A model generated the notes under the pieces. That model did no database searches. It had not been told where the DNA came from and worked only from the letters and a program-made list of their open reading frames with translations. Below, piece by piece: positions 27,995-38,161 of a stretch of DNA of 56,819 nucleotides. Position 1 is the stretch's first letter, and the number at the start of each line of letters is the position of its first letter. Origin of the DNA: Eubacteriales bacterium (GTDB lineage Bacteria > Bacillota > Clostridia > Oscillospirales > CAG-272); assembly GCA_045652665.1 (NCBI GenBank), contig JAZRUS010000054.1:1-56819 (forward strand). The letters run 5' to 3'. Both the position numbers and the translations under genes were made by a program.

Positions 27995-29545
27995 TTACCT
28001 TTTAGGTGTTGTTCCAAGCACATTCTTTATATGCTCTAAATATGCTTTTGAGCTAAAGTGTGTAGCGGTATCTGTAGATATTTCCGTCAATGTTTCAGAA
28101 CCTCTCAAGAAACTCAATGCTGTATCATATTCAGTTGAGCTATAGCTCATGTCATTGGGATAACTGTGTACTTCTTTGGTAGAACCACTAGCAACAAATG
28201 TAAACACGATTCTATTAATATCCCACGAGGAACTCGAAGGATGCAACTTTTTAGCACAATCATCGCAGTATACAGAAACCTTTGCTGAATGACCTAATGC
28301 TACAAACTCTTTTGCCAACTCACGATATTTACGCACAATATCTTCGTTGCCTTCAAAAACTCGCATTTCGAACGTCTTTCCACAATTTTCGCAAGTACAT
28401 GTAATATTGGCATCATCAGGGATACGCATAGAATAACACATCGCACTTCTTTCGGGCGGTTCTTGATATCCACTTTGCGAAGCTGCTAATTTCAGAAGCG
28501 CCTCATCAATTTCAGCTCTTGTACCTAGTCCATGCTTTTTATCTCTGCCTTTAGAATAATACACCGCTACAATCATTCCTATATCATACGCACCTTGCAT
28601 AGCATGAATAATCAGTTCGTCTGTGAGCTTCGTTGTTTTATTGAATATGTCTTGAGAAAGTTTAACATATGGTAGGATAATTTCCCAGATATGTTCTGCT
28701 TTTTCTTCACCAGCTTTAGTCTGCAACATTCTTTCTGCATTCCTGTCGGTAAATTCGATATCAATATGATCCTTTAGATATTCAAATTGTTGAACATTTT
28801 CATACACAGCATTATCCTTCAAATAAAACAGAGTTGCACATATCGCTCCATAAAATGAAGTAATGATATATTCGCCACACACTTTTTCTTGACCTAGAGA
28901 TGCATACTTTTGTCTGCAGTATTTCATCACTTTTTTGACAAATTCTTCTGGTTGATGTGCGTCTTCGCATTCCTCTATTGTTTCGAAGAAATCGTCATCG
29001 ACGAGCAAGTTGTTCTTTTCGCCAATTTCCCAAAAACAAGCATCCAATTCTGAAGTAAAAGCTTGGTTTTCAACAATATAATGTGTGTCTTCAACACCTT
29101 CCGCTACAAGTTCCTTCTTAAACGCAATAACTTCATCTGCTAAGTAGAGATCGAGAATATCATTAGCCAGCTGCATTGCATCATCCAATCGTCCAAGTTT
29201 ACGCAATGTCATGGCCTTGCCGAACAATGCTTTTCCGTATTCTTCATCAATTGCAATAGCTTTCTCGAACGCATCTAACGCATTGTTGGGTTCGTTGATC
29301 ATATTATAGGCGTTAGCTAAATTGTTCCTCGCCTCAGCGAATCTTGGCTCTAAAAACAAGGCGCGTTTATAGAAACGGATTGCCGATGGCAACTTTTTTT
29401 CAATAAGTGCCGCATCTCCGTCTGTTTTGATGGCAATGGCACAAGTTGAGCAATCCTTTGGGCAATCGTTTTCATGCCCCTCGAATTCGCAACTAATTAC
29501 CAATTCTTCGTTCCTTCCAAGATCATGCATTTCCATGTCCCCCAA
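27995..29545 (-). CDS. TPR protein with Cys-rich N- and C-terminal domains
   Basis: TPR repeats (AEARNNLANAY..A..AFEKAI.ID); CPKDCSTC at the N-terminus; AMCY..CENC..CDDC at the C-terminus; start uncertain. Confidence 0.8.
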   Translation of the reverse strand: MGDMEMHDLGRNEELVISCEFEGHENDCPKDCSTCAIAIKTDGDAALIEKKLPSAIRFYKRALFLEPRFAEARNNLANAYNMINEPNNALDAFEKAIAIDEEYGKALFGKAMTLRKLGRLDDAMQLANDILDLYLADEVIAFKKELVAEGVEDTHYIVENQAFTSELDACFWEIGEKNNLLVDDDFFETIEECEDAHQPEEFVKKVMKYCRQKYASLGQEKVCGEYIITSFYGAICATLFYLKDNAVYENVQQFEYLKDHIDIEFTDRNAERMLQTKAGEEKAEHIWEIILPYVKLSQDIFNKTTKLTDELIIHAMQGAYDIGMIVAVYYSKGRDKKHGLGTRAEIDEALLKLAASQSGYQEPPERSAMCYSMRIPDDANITCTCENCGKTFEMRVFEGNEDIVRKYRELAKEFVALGHSAKVSVYCDDCAKKLHPSSSSWDINRIVFTFVASGSTKEVHSYPNDMSYSSTEYDTALSFLRGSETLTEISTDTATHFSSKAYLEHIKNVLGTTPKR

Positions 29546-29898
29546 TCTAGCTCATTAGCACGAGTTAATTCATGAATAAGTACCGAATTTGCCGATTTAG
29601 TCAAATACGGATTTAAATATATTGCTCCATCGTATGTATACGAATTTACATTACCATTGTCATTTTTGGAAGCTTTATTTTTATTCCAACCTACATATTG
29701 ACTGAAATTAATATCAATGTTTGTGCGTATATACAGTTTGGCGAAATGCACAAGATTATATATGTTATCTATATGGTAAGCCCTTGCTTGTCTAATCATT
29801 GCGCGGATACTAAGTTTTGTAGGTTCATTCTGCATTCTGTATTCAGGGATATTTGCTCTTGCCCATGCATCAATTTCCATAGCTTCTTGGTTCATAAT
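29497..29898 (-). CDS. Hypothetical protein
   Basis: GGAGG RBS before MNQEA; degenerate IHELTR; overlaps the next ORF. Confidence 0.55.
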   Translation of the reverse strand: MMNQEAMEIDAWARANIPEYRMQNEPTKLSIRAMIRQARAYHIDNIYNLVHFAKLYIRTNIDINFSQYVGWNKNKASKNDNGNVNSYTYDGAIYLNPYLTKSANSVLIHELTRANELDWGTWKCMILEGTKNW

Positions 29899-29922
29899 AC
29901 CATGACCTCCATTCAAAAACAA

Positions 29923-30438
29923 TTACTTTAAAACTGCCGCTTGGAACTCTTCCAAAGATTGGGGTGTATCTCCGAAAGATACATGGTTTTTATTTACAAA
30001 CATACCCAATGCGAAAGAATTCTCAGCAGCATAGTATTCATTAGTGTAGTATCTTTTTTCATCTTCATCGAAAATCAATGCCACGTAATTACACTCACAC
30101 TCATGGCGCGCATCGGAAAATTCCAAAATGAATCCGAATTTACTGCGTTGCTCATTTTCAACAAAATGAACAGGCAAAGATCTATATTCTATCGGAATGC
30201 GAACTCTCAACTTATTTGAACATATTTCGAACGCACGCAACACCAATTTGTTTAACATCTCTTTGTTGTTGTAAAATTGTTCTTTCAAAAAAGTAGATTC
30301 ATAAAAAGCATCCCTTAAAGCAACACAACAAAACTGATAATTTGACGAAGATTTAATCCGTTTTTGATTTTCACGAATTTGTGCTATAAGTTCATCAGTT
30401 TCATCTTTTGTTCCAAAAAGTTTAGATAAAAATCCCAT
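29923..30438 (-). CDS. Hypothetical protein
   Basis: Starts MGFLSKLFG with GGAGG RBS; within the operon. Confidence 0.75.
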   Translation of the reverse strand: MGFLSKLFGTKDETDELIAQIRENQKRIKSSSNYQFCCVALRDAFYESTFLKEQFYNNKEMLNKLVLRAFEICSNKLRVRIPIEYRSLPVHFVENEQRSKFGFILEFSDARHECECNYVALIFDEDEKRYYTNEYYAAENSFALGMFVNKNHVSFGDTPQSLEEFQAAVLK

Positions 30439-30457
30439 TTTGTTAGGCCTCCGTTTG

Positions 30458-32407
30458 TTATTTATAAATTGTTCCACTTGCAGAGCTTACATCTGTACCC
30501 CAATAAATTTCGTCTGCTCCCGAACTTACATAGATCGTAATAGTGCCACTCTTTTTGTATCCAGAAGAACGATAAAGAGTAATGCTTTCAGTTTTGGAGT
30601 TTGTCGGAGTTGTTGAGAATGAATAGGGATAGACACCGCCTTTTAATTTTACAGTAATGCTTGAAGACGAAGAACTGTCTGAAGCATAAGAGGAACTTTT
30701 AGGCTTAATTGAATACGATATTACAACCTTGCTACCATCGTATTCCGCTGATGTCGTAATAGTAAAGTAATCTTCAAAGTTTGAAGAAGACAAAACAATC
30801 TTATCATCATTATTGTTCTTGTTAGAAGAACCGCCGGACGATCCACCCGAAGAGCCACCGCCAGACGGGTAATAAGACCCGCTACTGTTGTATCCACCGT
30901 TATTCGATGATCCGGAGGAACTTGATGAAGAACCATCGCATTCTGATAAGCTTGCAATTAGAATAATAAACAATACTATTCCGATCAACACCCAAGCGAC
31001 AATCTTCTTAGTTCTTGCACTATCATCTTGCGCTTGTTTAGCGGCTTGCACTCTTTCCAACATAACGGATTGCTGTGCGAGAGATTGTGCATCTTCTTGC
31101 AAACGTGTTTTTAACTCGTCAATGTCGCTAAATTGTGCTAGTAATGCTTTAGCAATCTTCAAGGCGAGATTGGTTTTCTGATAGTTGTTATGCAGTTTAA
31201 TTGCAGCTTCTCTTGATACAACGCAAATGCTTATACGAATTTTTTCTATAATTTCATCTTCGAGATCACTATATTCAACATCTTTATCAAATGATTTTAC
31301 GCGAGAAATAAATGTTTCAACATCAGACATTGTTGTAGAGAATCCCATCCGATCTGCAGCTGACTTTAACAATTCCATTTCAGTTGCAAACTCTTTGAGA
31401 ACGGTAGACGTCGCTACAATGTTTGCTAATGCCTCGGAATCTTCTTCGAGGCGTTCAGCTAAATCGCCGACCTCCGCAAAGATTTCTTGCATTGCGGTTA
31501 CAAGATCCAACGCAATCTCCGTTAATTCTTTTTCATTGTGGAGATACAGCGCTAAATCTCTGATTTCTCTGCCGAGCGACATGCTATTATCGTGGGGCAT
31601 ACCGCTTGCTTGAGATCTTAATTGCAACGGCTGAACAAAAACATCCCATTCTTTAACTCTCTTTATTAAACCACGAATGTTCTCTTTGATCGCTGTTTCA
31701 TCAGAGAGTCCTTTGATGCGTTCTATATGCTTTTCAACTGCTTCAGCATGCTTTTGGATTTCAGTTTGCATGCGTATTTCATACTGATCCAATGCATCCG
31801 AGATTACGATTCCATCATCATAGTCCTCGTTGGCAACATACTGCTTTGCCAGTATCGACACAAAAGCCATATAATCTTCATCGGAGAGAGTGTGTAACTT
31901 TTCGGTGAAGAGTTGTCTAATCGCATCTCTTTTAGCATCAATTGCCTCATCAACTTCGGCTTCCGTCACTATCTTCATACCTGCTTCTTTTCTGCAGGTG
32001 TTTACTATTTCGAGTACAGAGTCAATAGTAACAAGACCGAATTGTTCGTCGATATCAGTCAACATGAAGCCTATATCATAAGCTTCGACATCTTGCATGA
32101 TGCTGAAATTGAAAAGAAGGGCGTTGATTTTAGAGATGGGTGATAGCCCTTCTGTACTAATTTCCTTATTTTCAGCTATGCATTTGTTAATTTCTTTAAT
32201 TTCCTTCTTATCGATGTCCAAAAACCAATCAAGCTCTACCAACAAACGCTTTGCCGGATTTAAGAGTGTGGCTTGTGCTGCTTCGCCGCTACCGTCCTCT
32301 AAAAAGAATGCTTTTTCTTCGGCTTTTGATATGATAGTTGCGCGTTTATCTCTTGGGGTCACTTCGAGGAGATAAAAAGGATTATTACTTATATTGAAAA
32401 CCTGCAC
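30458..32407 (-). CDS. Large helical membrane protein with divergent J-domain-like N-terminus
   Basis: NPFYLLEV...LLNPAKRL..ELDWF start without HPD; long helical body; one TM; Ser/Gly linker; beta-rich C-terminal domain. Confidence 0.7.
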   Translation of the reverse strand: MQVFNISNNPFYLLEVTPRDKRATIISKAEEKAFFLEDGSGEAAQATLLNPAKRLLVELDWFLDIDKKEIKEINKCIAENKEISTEGLSPISKINALLFNFSIMQDVEAYDIGFMLTDIDEQFGLVTIDSVLEIVNTCRKEAGMKIVTEAEVDEAIDAKRDAIRQLFTEKLHTLSDEDYMAFVSILAKQYVANEDYDDGIVISDALDQYEIRMQTEIQKHAEAVEKHIERIKGLSDETAIKENIRGLIKRVKEWDVFVQPLQLRSQASGMPHDNSMSLGREIRDLALYLHNEKELTEIALDLVTAMQEIFAEVGDLAERLEEDSEALANIVATSTVLKEFATEMELLKSAADRMGFSTTMSDVETFISRVKSFDKDVEYSDLEDEIIEKIRISICVVSREAAIKLHNNYQKTNLALKIAKALLAQFSDIDELKTRLQEDAQSLAQQSVMLERVQAAKQAQDDSARTKKIVAWVLIGIVLFIILIASLSECDGSSSSSSGSSNNGGYNSSGSYYPSGGGSSGGSSGGSSNKNNNDDKIVLSSSNFEDYFTITTSAEYDGSKVVISYSIKPKSSSYASDSSSSSSITVKLKGGVYPYSFSTTPTNSKTESITLYRSSGYKKSGTITIYVSSGADEIYWGTDVSSASGTIYK

Positions 32408-32454
32408 GATTTCCTCCTATAATAACTTTACTGAACCATATTCGGCAAAGGTGT

Positions 32455-33867
32455 TTATGCAAATCCTATCTTTCGTTTTTCTTCCTTTTGAGGAAGTGTA
32501 GATAATGCCTTATCAAAACATTCCTTGTCAATAAATTCTTTTTCTGATTTTACTGCGAGTTTTCCGGCTTCGCGCAGAATGTACGTTACATCAGAAAATG
32601 GGTGACTATCGAGTGCTCCCGAAATATAGTCGATGCTTGCATCTTCGGCTACAGGGAGTTCTTCAAATTTAGATGTTAAGTATGCAGCAATTTCTTCTTT
32701 GCTTGCCATCTTGACCTCAATAATATGGTCAAAGCGACCTCTACGCAAAATCGCAGGATCGATCATGTCTATCATGTTAGTCATAGCAAAAACTAACACA
32801 CCGTTGGAAATTGCTTCGGGAATTTTTCGAAGGAATTCTGCCACTTCTTCTATGTGATGCGTACCACTTGCGGTAGACATATTTCGATTGCTCAAAAATG
32901 CTTCCATTTCATCAATTACGAGAATGGACGGAGCGGCTTTTATTGCTTCGCTAAAGACTTCGGAAATCTTCTTGCTTGTGTCATGTATGTACGAACTTGC
33001 TATAGTTGAAGAGTCAATATCAAACCGTTTCCATCCCAAATATTCAGTTAACCGTTCAACCGCATAGGTCTTTCCACAACCGGGTGCGCCATGCAGAATT
33101 GTTGCTCCAGGGAACGATATTCCCATTCGCTTATACTTTTCCTGATTTAGTACAATATCAATGATATTGTCGTTGAAAAACGCTTCAAGATCGGGACGAC
33201 CAATTAATCTGAATGTAGTATCAATAGTGGGCAATGCAACATTCGTTTCAATGTTTTCCTCGTCGTTGATCATTTCCATCAAATCCGTGTTTGATGTGTC
33301 AACCTCTTCGGGTATGGTAACATCAAATCCAGCTAATCGGAAAGATTTGCAAAGCACAACAGGAGGTATCCAAGACATGATTCTTGCAATTCTTTCAAAC
33401 GAATTGGCGGAAATGTTAATTCCTCCCGTAAGCCATTTTCCATACACATAGTCCATGGGACTCGCTTCTTCTGTCTGATTTCCGGGGAGTATTAAGGAAT
33501 ATTCTTCGATGTAGACGGCATCCTTCAGATCAATTTCGGGAAACAATTTCAGCGTTGTGTTAAACGCTATCGAAAATGCCTCTACTTGTACAAAACTATC
33601 CGGGAAGGGGCCGTTTTCAAGTGAAGATATTAAATAATCGCCCTTACTGCAAAATACTCGATATTTTCCCTGTGTTTCAATCTCCACGAATATACCGTCG
33701 GGTAAAGAATAATCCCTTAACCATGATTCATAAAGAGCCGCGGTTACCGCAAGGACATAAGTATCCTGATTGGTAGAATAAATCTGCCAACTCTCACTTG
33801 AGGAAATCACCTTTTTTATTCTTTTGTCATCGGATATTGAGAATCCTCTCGGTAACCATTGCATCAT
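32455..33867 (-). CDS. Classical-clade AAA ATPase with unknown N-terminal domain
   Basis: GAPGCGKT, ILVIDE and SRH IDPAILRRGRFD; ends RKIGF. Confidence 0.9.
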   Translation of the reverse strand: MMQWLPRGFSISDDKRIKKVISSSESWQIYSTNQDTYVLAVTAALYESWLRDYSLPDGIFVEIETQGKYRVFCSKGDYLISSLENGPFPDSFVQVEAFSIAFNTTLKLFPEIDLKDAVYIEEYSLILPGNQTEEASPMDYVYGKWLTGGINISANSFERIARIMSWIPPVVLCKSFRLAGFDVTIPEEVDTSNTDLMEMINDEENIETNVALPTIDTTFRLIGRPDLEAFFNDNIIDIVLNQEKYKRMGISFPGATILHGAPGCGKTYAVERLTEYLGWKRFDIDSSTIASSYIHDTSKKISEVFSEAIKAAPSILVIDEMEAFLSNRNMSTASGTHHIEEVAEFLRKIPEAISNGVLVFAMTNMIDMIDPAILRRGRFDHIIEVKMASKEEIAAYLTSKFEELPVAEDASIDYISGALDSHPFSDVTYILREAGKLAVKSEKEFIDKECFDKALSTLPQKEEKRKIGFA

Positions 33868-33872
33868 AGTGT

Positions 33873-36356
33873 TTACCCCTTAATGATATTTGCGATATCA
33901 AACATTCCAGTACCCGAATCTGCATGAATTTGAATAGAAAGCAATTCAAACAGAACGCGGCGAAGTTGATCAATATCGTCATTTGCCAATGCTTGATCTC
34001 CAAGCTGCTTAAGTTGTCTAAATCTCGTCACATCCGAATAGTTAGAGGAGGATGTAACAGAACGCTGATACCAATCAACGATGAACCAATCCTGACGAAT
34101 CAGTATCATTGTATTCTTGGTTTTCATGCTATCTAAAATATTGTCAAAGTCGGTATCATTACGATCTATCGATCTCTGTGCGGTGCGTGTAAGATTGTCA
34201 AATGCTTGTTCTTCTGCTTTGGTAGCGAATTGGCGAACAATTTCATTGAAAAATTCTACGCAACTATCAAGATCCATCTGTCTAATCGTTTTGAGGTTTG
34301 CTTGACGAGTTTTATTGATAAGCTTCTTCGCATCAAGCAAGTCGTTGTTGGCTTTCTGCACATCCTCGGCTTCACTTTGAGGTTGACTATCAAGGTTCGC
34401 TGCACGTTCAGCTTTTTTACGAGCTTCTGCAAGTTGAGGATCATCAACCTTTTCTGCCATACTATCAATTCTGTCTAATACCTGACGGCCTTGCTCAGCG
34501 ATGCTATCAATGTCGGTAAGATCAATTTGTCCTTCCTGACGAGAATAGAAGTTGCGATTTGCAAAGGATGCACCAATGCAAGGGATCGATACCTCCAAGT
34601 TGATCGTACCCGAATCCAATATTTCGTATTCGCATTCGATATCTGCACCTGTAGGAACTACACCTGAATCAATATCAGTACCTGTTATCTTCAACATGCC
34701 GATAAATCTGTTATCGGTAATAGGAGATTGGATATTACCTTCCCACAGCTTAATATTGATGGAGTCATTCGTGCCTGCTTTAAGTGTTTGTCCAGCCTTA
34801 ACGGTAAGAGTACCTTTCTTAGGAAGAGCATCTCCTTCTTCGACCAAAAACATAAGTTCGGGAACACCGCCAAGCTTGTCAATAACCTCAACTCCGATAG
34901 AATGCGATGCTGGTATAGCACCAATTGTTGCAAGAGTTTTGGTGATCACAATGGTGTTGCTTCCAATAGGTTGCTCACGACCAAATTCGTCCATTACTTT
35001 TACAGTAAAGGCATTTTCTCCGTTTTTGCTCAACGGAAGCGAAACCATCATATTGTTTTTCAATGCAGCAGAACCGGAACTCCAACCTGTATCGGAGCTT
35101 GTGAACTCTATCGTGTAGCCGTTCAAATCATTTCCAAGCACACACATAATTTTGGCAGAATCATTGGGTGTTCTTGCAGTATATTTAAACGAAAGATCAA
35201 TGTCTGTTTTGATAACTTCGTTAGCTGCTTTTCTACTGTGAGTATTGGACGACCAATCAATAGACTCAGCAAAAATACTTGCGCCTTCTGCAACAGCGGT
35301 CATCGGGTTTACATCGATGTTCGCCGGCAAAGACAACTCGTAAGCAATCTTATCACGCAAAGGCTTGTAATTTGTGGGGCCACCTACGAAAACAATTCTT
35401 TCAATATCGTTTGCAGAAAGACCTGCCTTGTTCATCGTTTCTCTTGTGGCTTCTACGGTTTCTTTAACGAGATCTGCGATAATGCTATCTACCTGTTGAC
35501 GGTTTAGATCAATGTCGAGATACATCTCGTTTCCGTCCTCATCGGTAGTACGAGCTTCGCCCTCGCTCAATGCGATAGTGCTTGTTTCGTTAGCCGAGAG
35601 TTCAATCTTTGCTCTTTCTGTTGCCCATTGTGCAACTCTGCAAAATGTTTTATATTTGCGGTTGATAAGAAAATCTTCGGGCAAAGAGAAGTTGGCTCTC
35701 AACCACGGAACAACAATCTGATTGAACACCATTCTGTCAATATCTCTACCGCCACACATTTCTACTCCGCCATGTGCCAAAAGATTGACCTTGCCATTGA
35801 TATTTTCGGCAATAGAAACGTCGAATGTACCACCTCCTAAGTCGTATACCAAGAAAATTCCTTCTTGCTTGGAGGCACGCATAATACTCATAATTGCCGC
35901 AACAGGCTCTTGCATCAAGGCGACATTATTAATACCTGCCATTTTTGCCGCTTGAAGAGTAGCATCCTTCTTCATCTGATTGAAGGCGGCAGGAACAGTA
36001 ATAACGACCGCAGTTTCGGGATCGTTTCTAATTTCTTCGGGCAAATAGCCGTACAAAACTTTCAAAATTTCCGCGCTACATTCTTCGGGCGTAAGCGAGA
36101 GTTGAGCTGCTTCGAGTTCAATTTTCGTGCTTGTTCCCATAAAACGCTTGAAGAGGGTTGCTGAGTTGCTGGGATTATAGGGAGCTTGGTTATAAGCTTT
36201 GTTTCCATAATAGCGGTTACCACGCTTATCAACATAAATCGCAGAAGGGGTTACATCGTTCTGTTCGGGACTTTTCCATACTCTAACTGTAGTTCCGTCG
36301 TAGGAACAAATTGCGCTATTTGTAGTACCCAAATCAATGCCTATGTAGTATCTCAT
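33873..36356 (-). CDS. Atypical Hsp70 family protein (827 aa)
   Basis: GIDLGTTNS, ITVPAAF, EPVAA, YDLGGGTFDVS and VGGPT motifs; non-DnaK C-terminal half. Confidence 0.93.
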   Translation of the reverse strand: MRYYIGIDLGTTNSAICSYDGTTVRVWKSPEQNDVTPSAIYVDKRGNRYYGNKAYNQAPYNPSNSATLFKRFMGTSTKIELEAAQLSLTPEECSAEILKVLYGYLPEEIRNDPETAVVITVPAAFNQMKKDATLQAAKMAGINNVALMQEPVAAIMSIMRASKQEGIFLVYDLGGGTFDVSIAENINGKVNLLAHGGVEMCGGRDIDRMVFNQIVVPWLRANFSLPEDFLINRKYKTFCRVAQWATERAKIELSANETSTIALSEGEARTTDEDGNEMYLDIDLNRQQVDSIIADLVKETVEATRETMNKAGLSANDIERIVFVGGPTNYKPLRDKIAYELSLPANIDVNPMTAVAEGASIFAESIDWSSNTHSRKAANEVIKTDIDLSFKYTARTPNDSAKIMCVLGNDLNGYTIEFTSSDTGWSSGSAALKNNMMVSLPLSKNGENAFTVKVMDEFGREQPIGSNTIVITKTLATIGAIPASHSIGVEVIDKLGGVPELMFLVEEGDALPKKGTLTVKAGQTLKAGTNDSINIKLWEGNIQSPITDNRFIGMLKITGTDIDSGVVPTGADIECEYEILDSGTINLEVSIPCIGASFANRNFYSRQEGQIDLTDIDSIAEQGRQVLDRIDSMAEKVDDPQLAEARKKAERAANLDSQPQSEAEDVQKANNDLLDAKKLINKTRQANLKTIRQMDLDSCVEFFNEIVRQFATKAEEQAFDNLTRTAQRSIDRNDTDFDNILDSMKTKNTMILIRQDWFIVDWYQRSVTSSSNYSDVTRFRQLKQLGDQALANDDIDQLRRVLFELLSIQIHADSGTGMFDIANIIKG

Positions 36357-36721
36357 TTTTCAATCCTCCCAAGTAGTACGGTGCCGGTTTTAACAACAAC
36401 ATCGTTTTGCATTATGATAGGCTCCATTGTCTGCGCGACATAGAGAACATCGTCTGTTTCAAATTCTTCAATATTTAGTGGCGTAACAGCCATGCCGGGA
36501 TCGTAGATTTGTCCGTCAAGGTCTATAATTCTCAATCCTGAATCATCAAGAGCTTTCATCACTCTTTTGGAAAACCAAGAAAATTGACTATTATACTTTG
36601 TCTGTTCCTCTACATCTAATTTGCTAATCGCTTTTGCGAACACACGCTTAAAACGGAACATTTCCGAACCTATCGTTATTAGATTCTCTCTCATAATTTC
36701 TAATTCGTTATTCATATTCAA
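36353..36721 (-). CDS. GrpE-like protein (divergent)
   Basis: Helical N-half, then G..YDPG...EP.....VVKTGTV resembling the GrpE beta domain; overlaps the hsp70 start. Confidence 0.6.
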   Translation of the reverse strand: MNMNNELEIMRENLITIGSEMFRFKRVFAKAISKLDVEEQTKYNSQFSWFSKRVMKALDDSGLRIIDLDGQIYDPGMAVTPLNIEEFETDDVLYVAQTMEPIIMQNDVVVKTGTVLLGRIEK

Positions 36722-36732
36722 CTCCTTGATTT

Positions 36733-37470
36733 TTATTTAAATTTAAAGCCAGTAGGAGCTTTTTGGGATATTGAAGTTCCGTACATGTTAATGTAGATAG
36801 TCTTATATCTTCTTCCATCAACGAACGAGATGTCGTAAATGTCTATCATTCCATTAATACCATTCACACTCATTGAGCCACGACGATCCCAAATAATTGC
36901 CTTTCCGTCAGAGGTCATCAAAGATCTTAAATACTTTTCAGAACCTCCAACTCCTGTTGTATAGATTGGCTTATTGGGAACAAGTCCATATTCCTCGTCA
37001 TCGAGGTTATCATTCTGTGCTTCCTCATTCAATCGAGAAGTTTCTCGATTTTGAGTCAAGATATTATCAAACATATTAAGCGCGTTGATATCTTCGGCAG
37101 ACTCCAACGCAAACGAATTGTTCTTCATGTTTATGGTACAGTAAGCAAGAACCTGTTGTGCAAGCATGTCATTATTGATATATTGTTTGTGATTTACTTG
37201 CAAGCTTACGATTATGTGTTCATCGGCACTTTTGGTTACAACTCGTCTGATAAGCACACCCGAATATATGGTCAAAACATTGTAATAATCTATCGGCTTT
37301 AATGCAGATAAATCAATGCCTAAAATCACGGCTAATGACTTAATGATACGGCTCGCTTGTTCCTTACCTCCGGGAAAGACCATGCCCACCATTTCCGGCT
37401 TATAACATTTATAAGCTAAAGCAACTTTTTTATCATGTTGGTTATTTTTTAAGAAGTCAAACAATCCCAT
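36733..37470 (-). CDS. Hypothetical protein
   Basis: Starts MGLFDFLK with GGAGG RBS; C-terminal YGL.P.KPI...YL..L...R.GS...IDIY...NMY...APTGF domain. Confidence 0.75.
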   Translation of the reverse strand: MGLFDFLKNNQHDKKVALAYKCYKPEMVGMVFPGGKEQASRIIKSLAVILGIDLSALKPIDYYNVLTIYSGVLIRRVVTKSADEHIIVSLQVNHKQYINNDMLAQQVLAYCTINMKNNSFALESAEDINALNMFDNILTQNRETSRLNEEAQNDNLDDEEYGLVPNKPIYTTGVGGSEKYLRSLMTSDGKAIIWDRRGSMSVNGINGMIDIYDISFVDGRRYKTIYINMYGTSISQKAPTGFKFK

Positions 37471-37492
37471 AATTTTTTCCTCCAAAGTTTAT

Positions 37493-38161
37493 TCAATCAT
37501 TCGGCAAACAGATTTGACACGGATCGTACTTGCCTGAATAATAGTCGCGCTCTGTTAAACGGCGCACAGATTTCTTGTCTTTTATGAAGATGCAGTTTTC
37601 TTCATGATAGCATGATCCTGTTTCGGTTACATAGAAATCACCATAATAACTGCTTTGCTTGATTAAAAACGAGACAAGGGGGATGGTTATCAACAAACAC
37701 ACTACCACAATCATTGCGATAATCGCAAGCTTCTTATTCTCATGATATTTTGCAACTGCCAAGGTGATTAAGTCGGGGTGAAGGATATAATGGGCAAATT
37801 CATTTGCCTCACGTTCTTCTTCTACATCAAGAGGAGAGGTGCCGTTTCCTTTCATATGACCGCAAGCGATATGTCCTAATTCATGCGACAAGGTATAGGT
37901 CTTATCATTGGCGTTTGTATCATCACGAATAAAAACAAATTTCAAGCCATTTCCGTTGTATGAAAATGCCTTGCATCCTTGTGAATAATTTTCAAGGTTT
38001 AGGCTGCTTAAAATGTTGTTTTTTTCACCCAACGAGTATTCAACGATTTCGTATCCCTGATCTTCTATTATGTAAACAAGATTGTCAAGTGTAACTTTTC
38101 CGAGCTTATACTTTCGGAGTAGCGACTTTGCTCGATTTATTGCAATTTTATCGTTAGTCAT
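37493..38161 (-). CDS. ImmA/IrrE-family metallopeptidase with TM helix and C-terminal Cys/His domain
   Basis: TLSHELGH..EEREANEFA; TM; YVTETGSCYH...C...PCQIC. Confidence 0.85.
   Translation of the reverse strand: MTNDKIAINRAKSLLRKYKLGKVTLDNLVYIIEDQGYEIVEYSLGEKNNILSSLNLENYSQGCKAFSYNGNGLKFVFIRDDTNANDKTYTLSHELGHIACGHMKGNGTSPLDVEEEREANEFAHYILHPDLITLAVAKYHENKKLAIIAMIVVVCLLITIPLVSFLIKQSSYYGDFYVTETGSCYHEENCIFIKDKKSVRRLTERDYYSGKYDPCQICLPND

Noticed and set aside
30820-30940. Ser/Gly-rich low-complexity repeats
   Set aside because: A coding linker in the membrane protein, not a separate DNA repeat
34552-35507. Long plus-strand ORFs (188 and 259 aa) opposite hsp70
   Set aside because: Antisense open frames are a common by-product of hsp70 codon patterns; no RBS or motifs seen
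33873-36356. Calling the Hsp70 dnaK
   Set aside because: Too long, divergent C-terminal half, no hrcA/dnaJ context, and located on a mobile element
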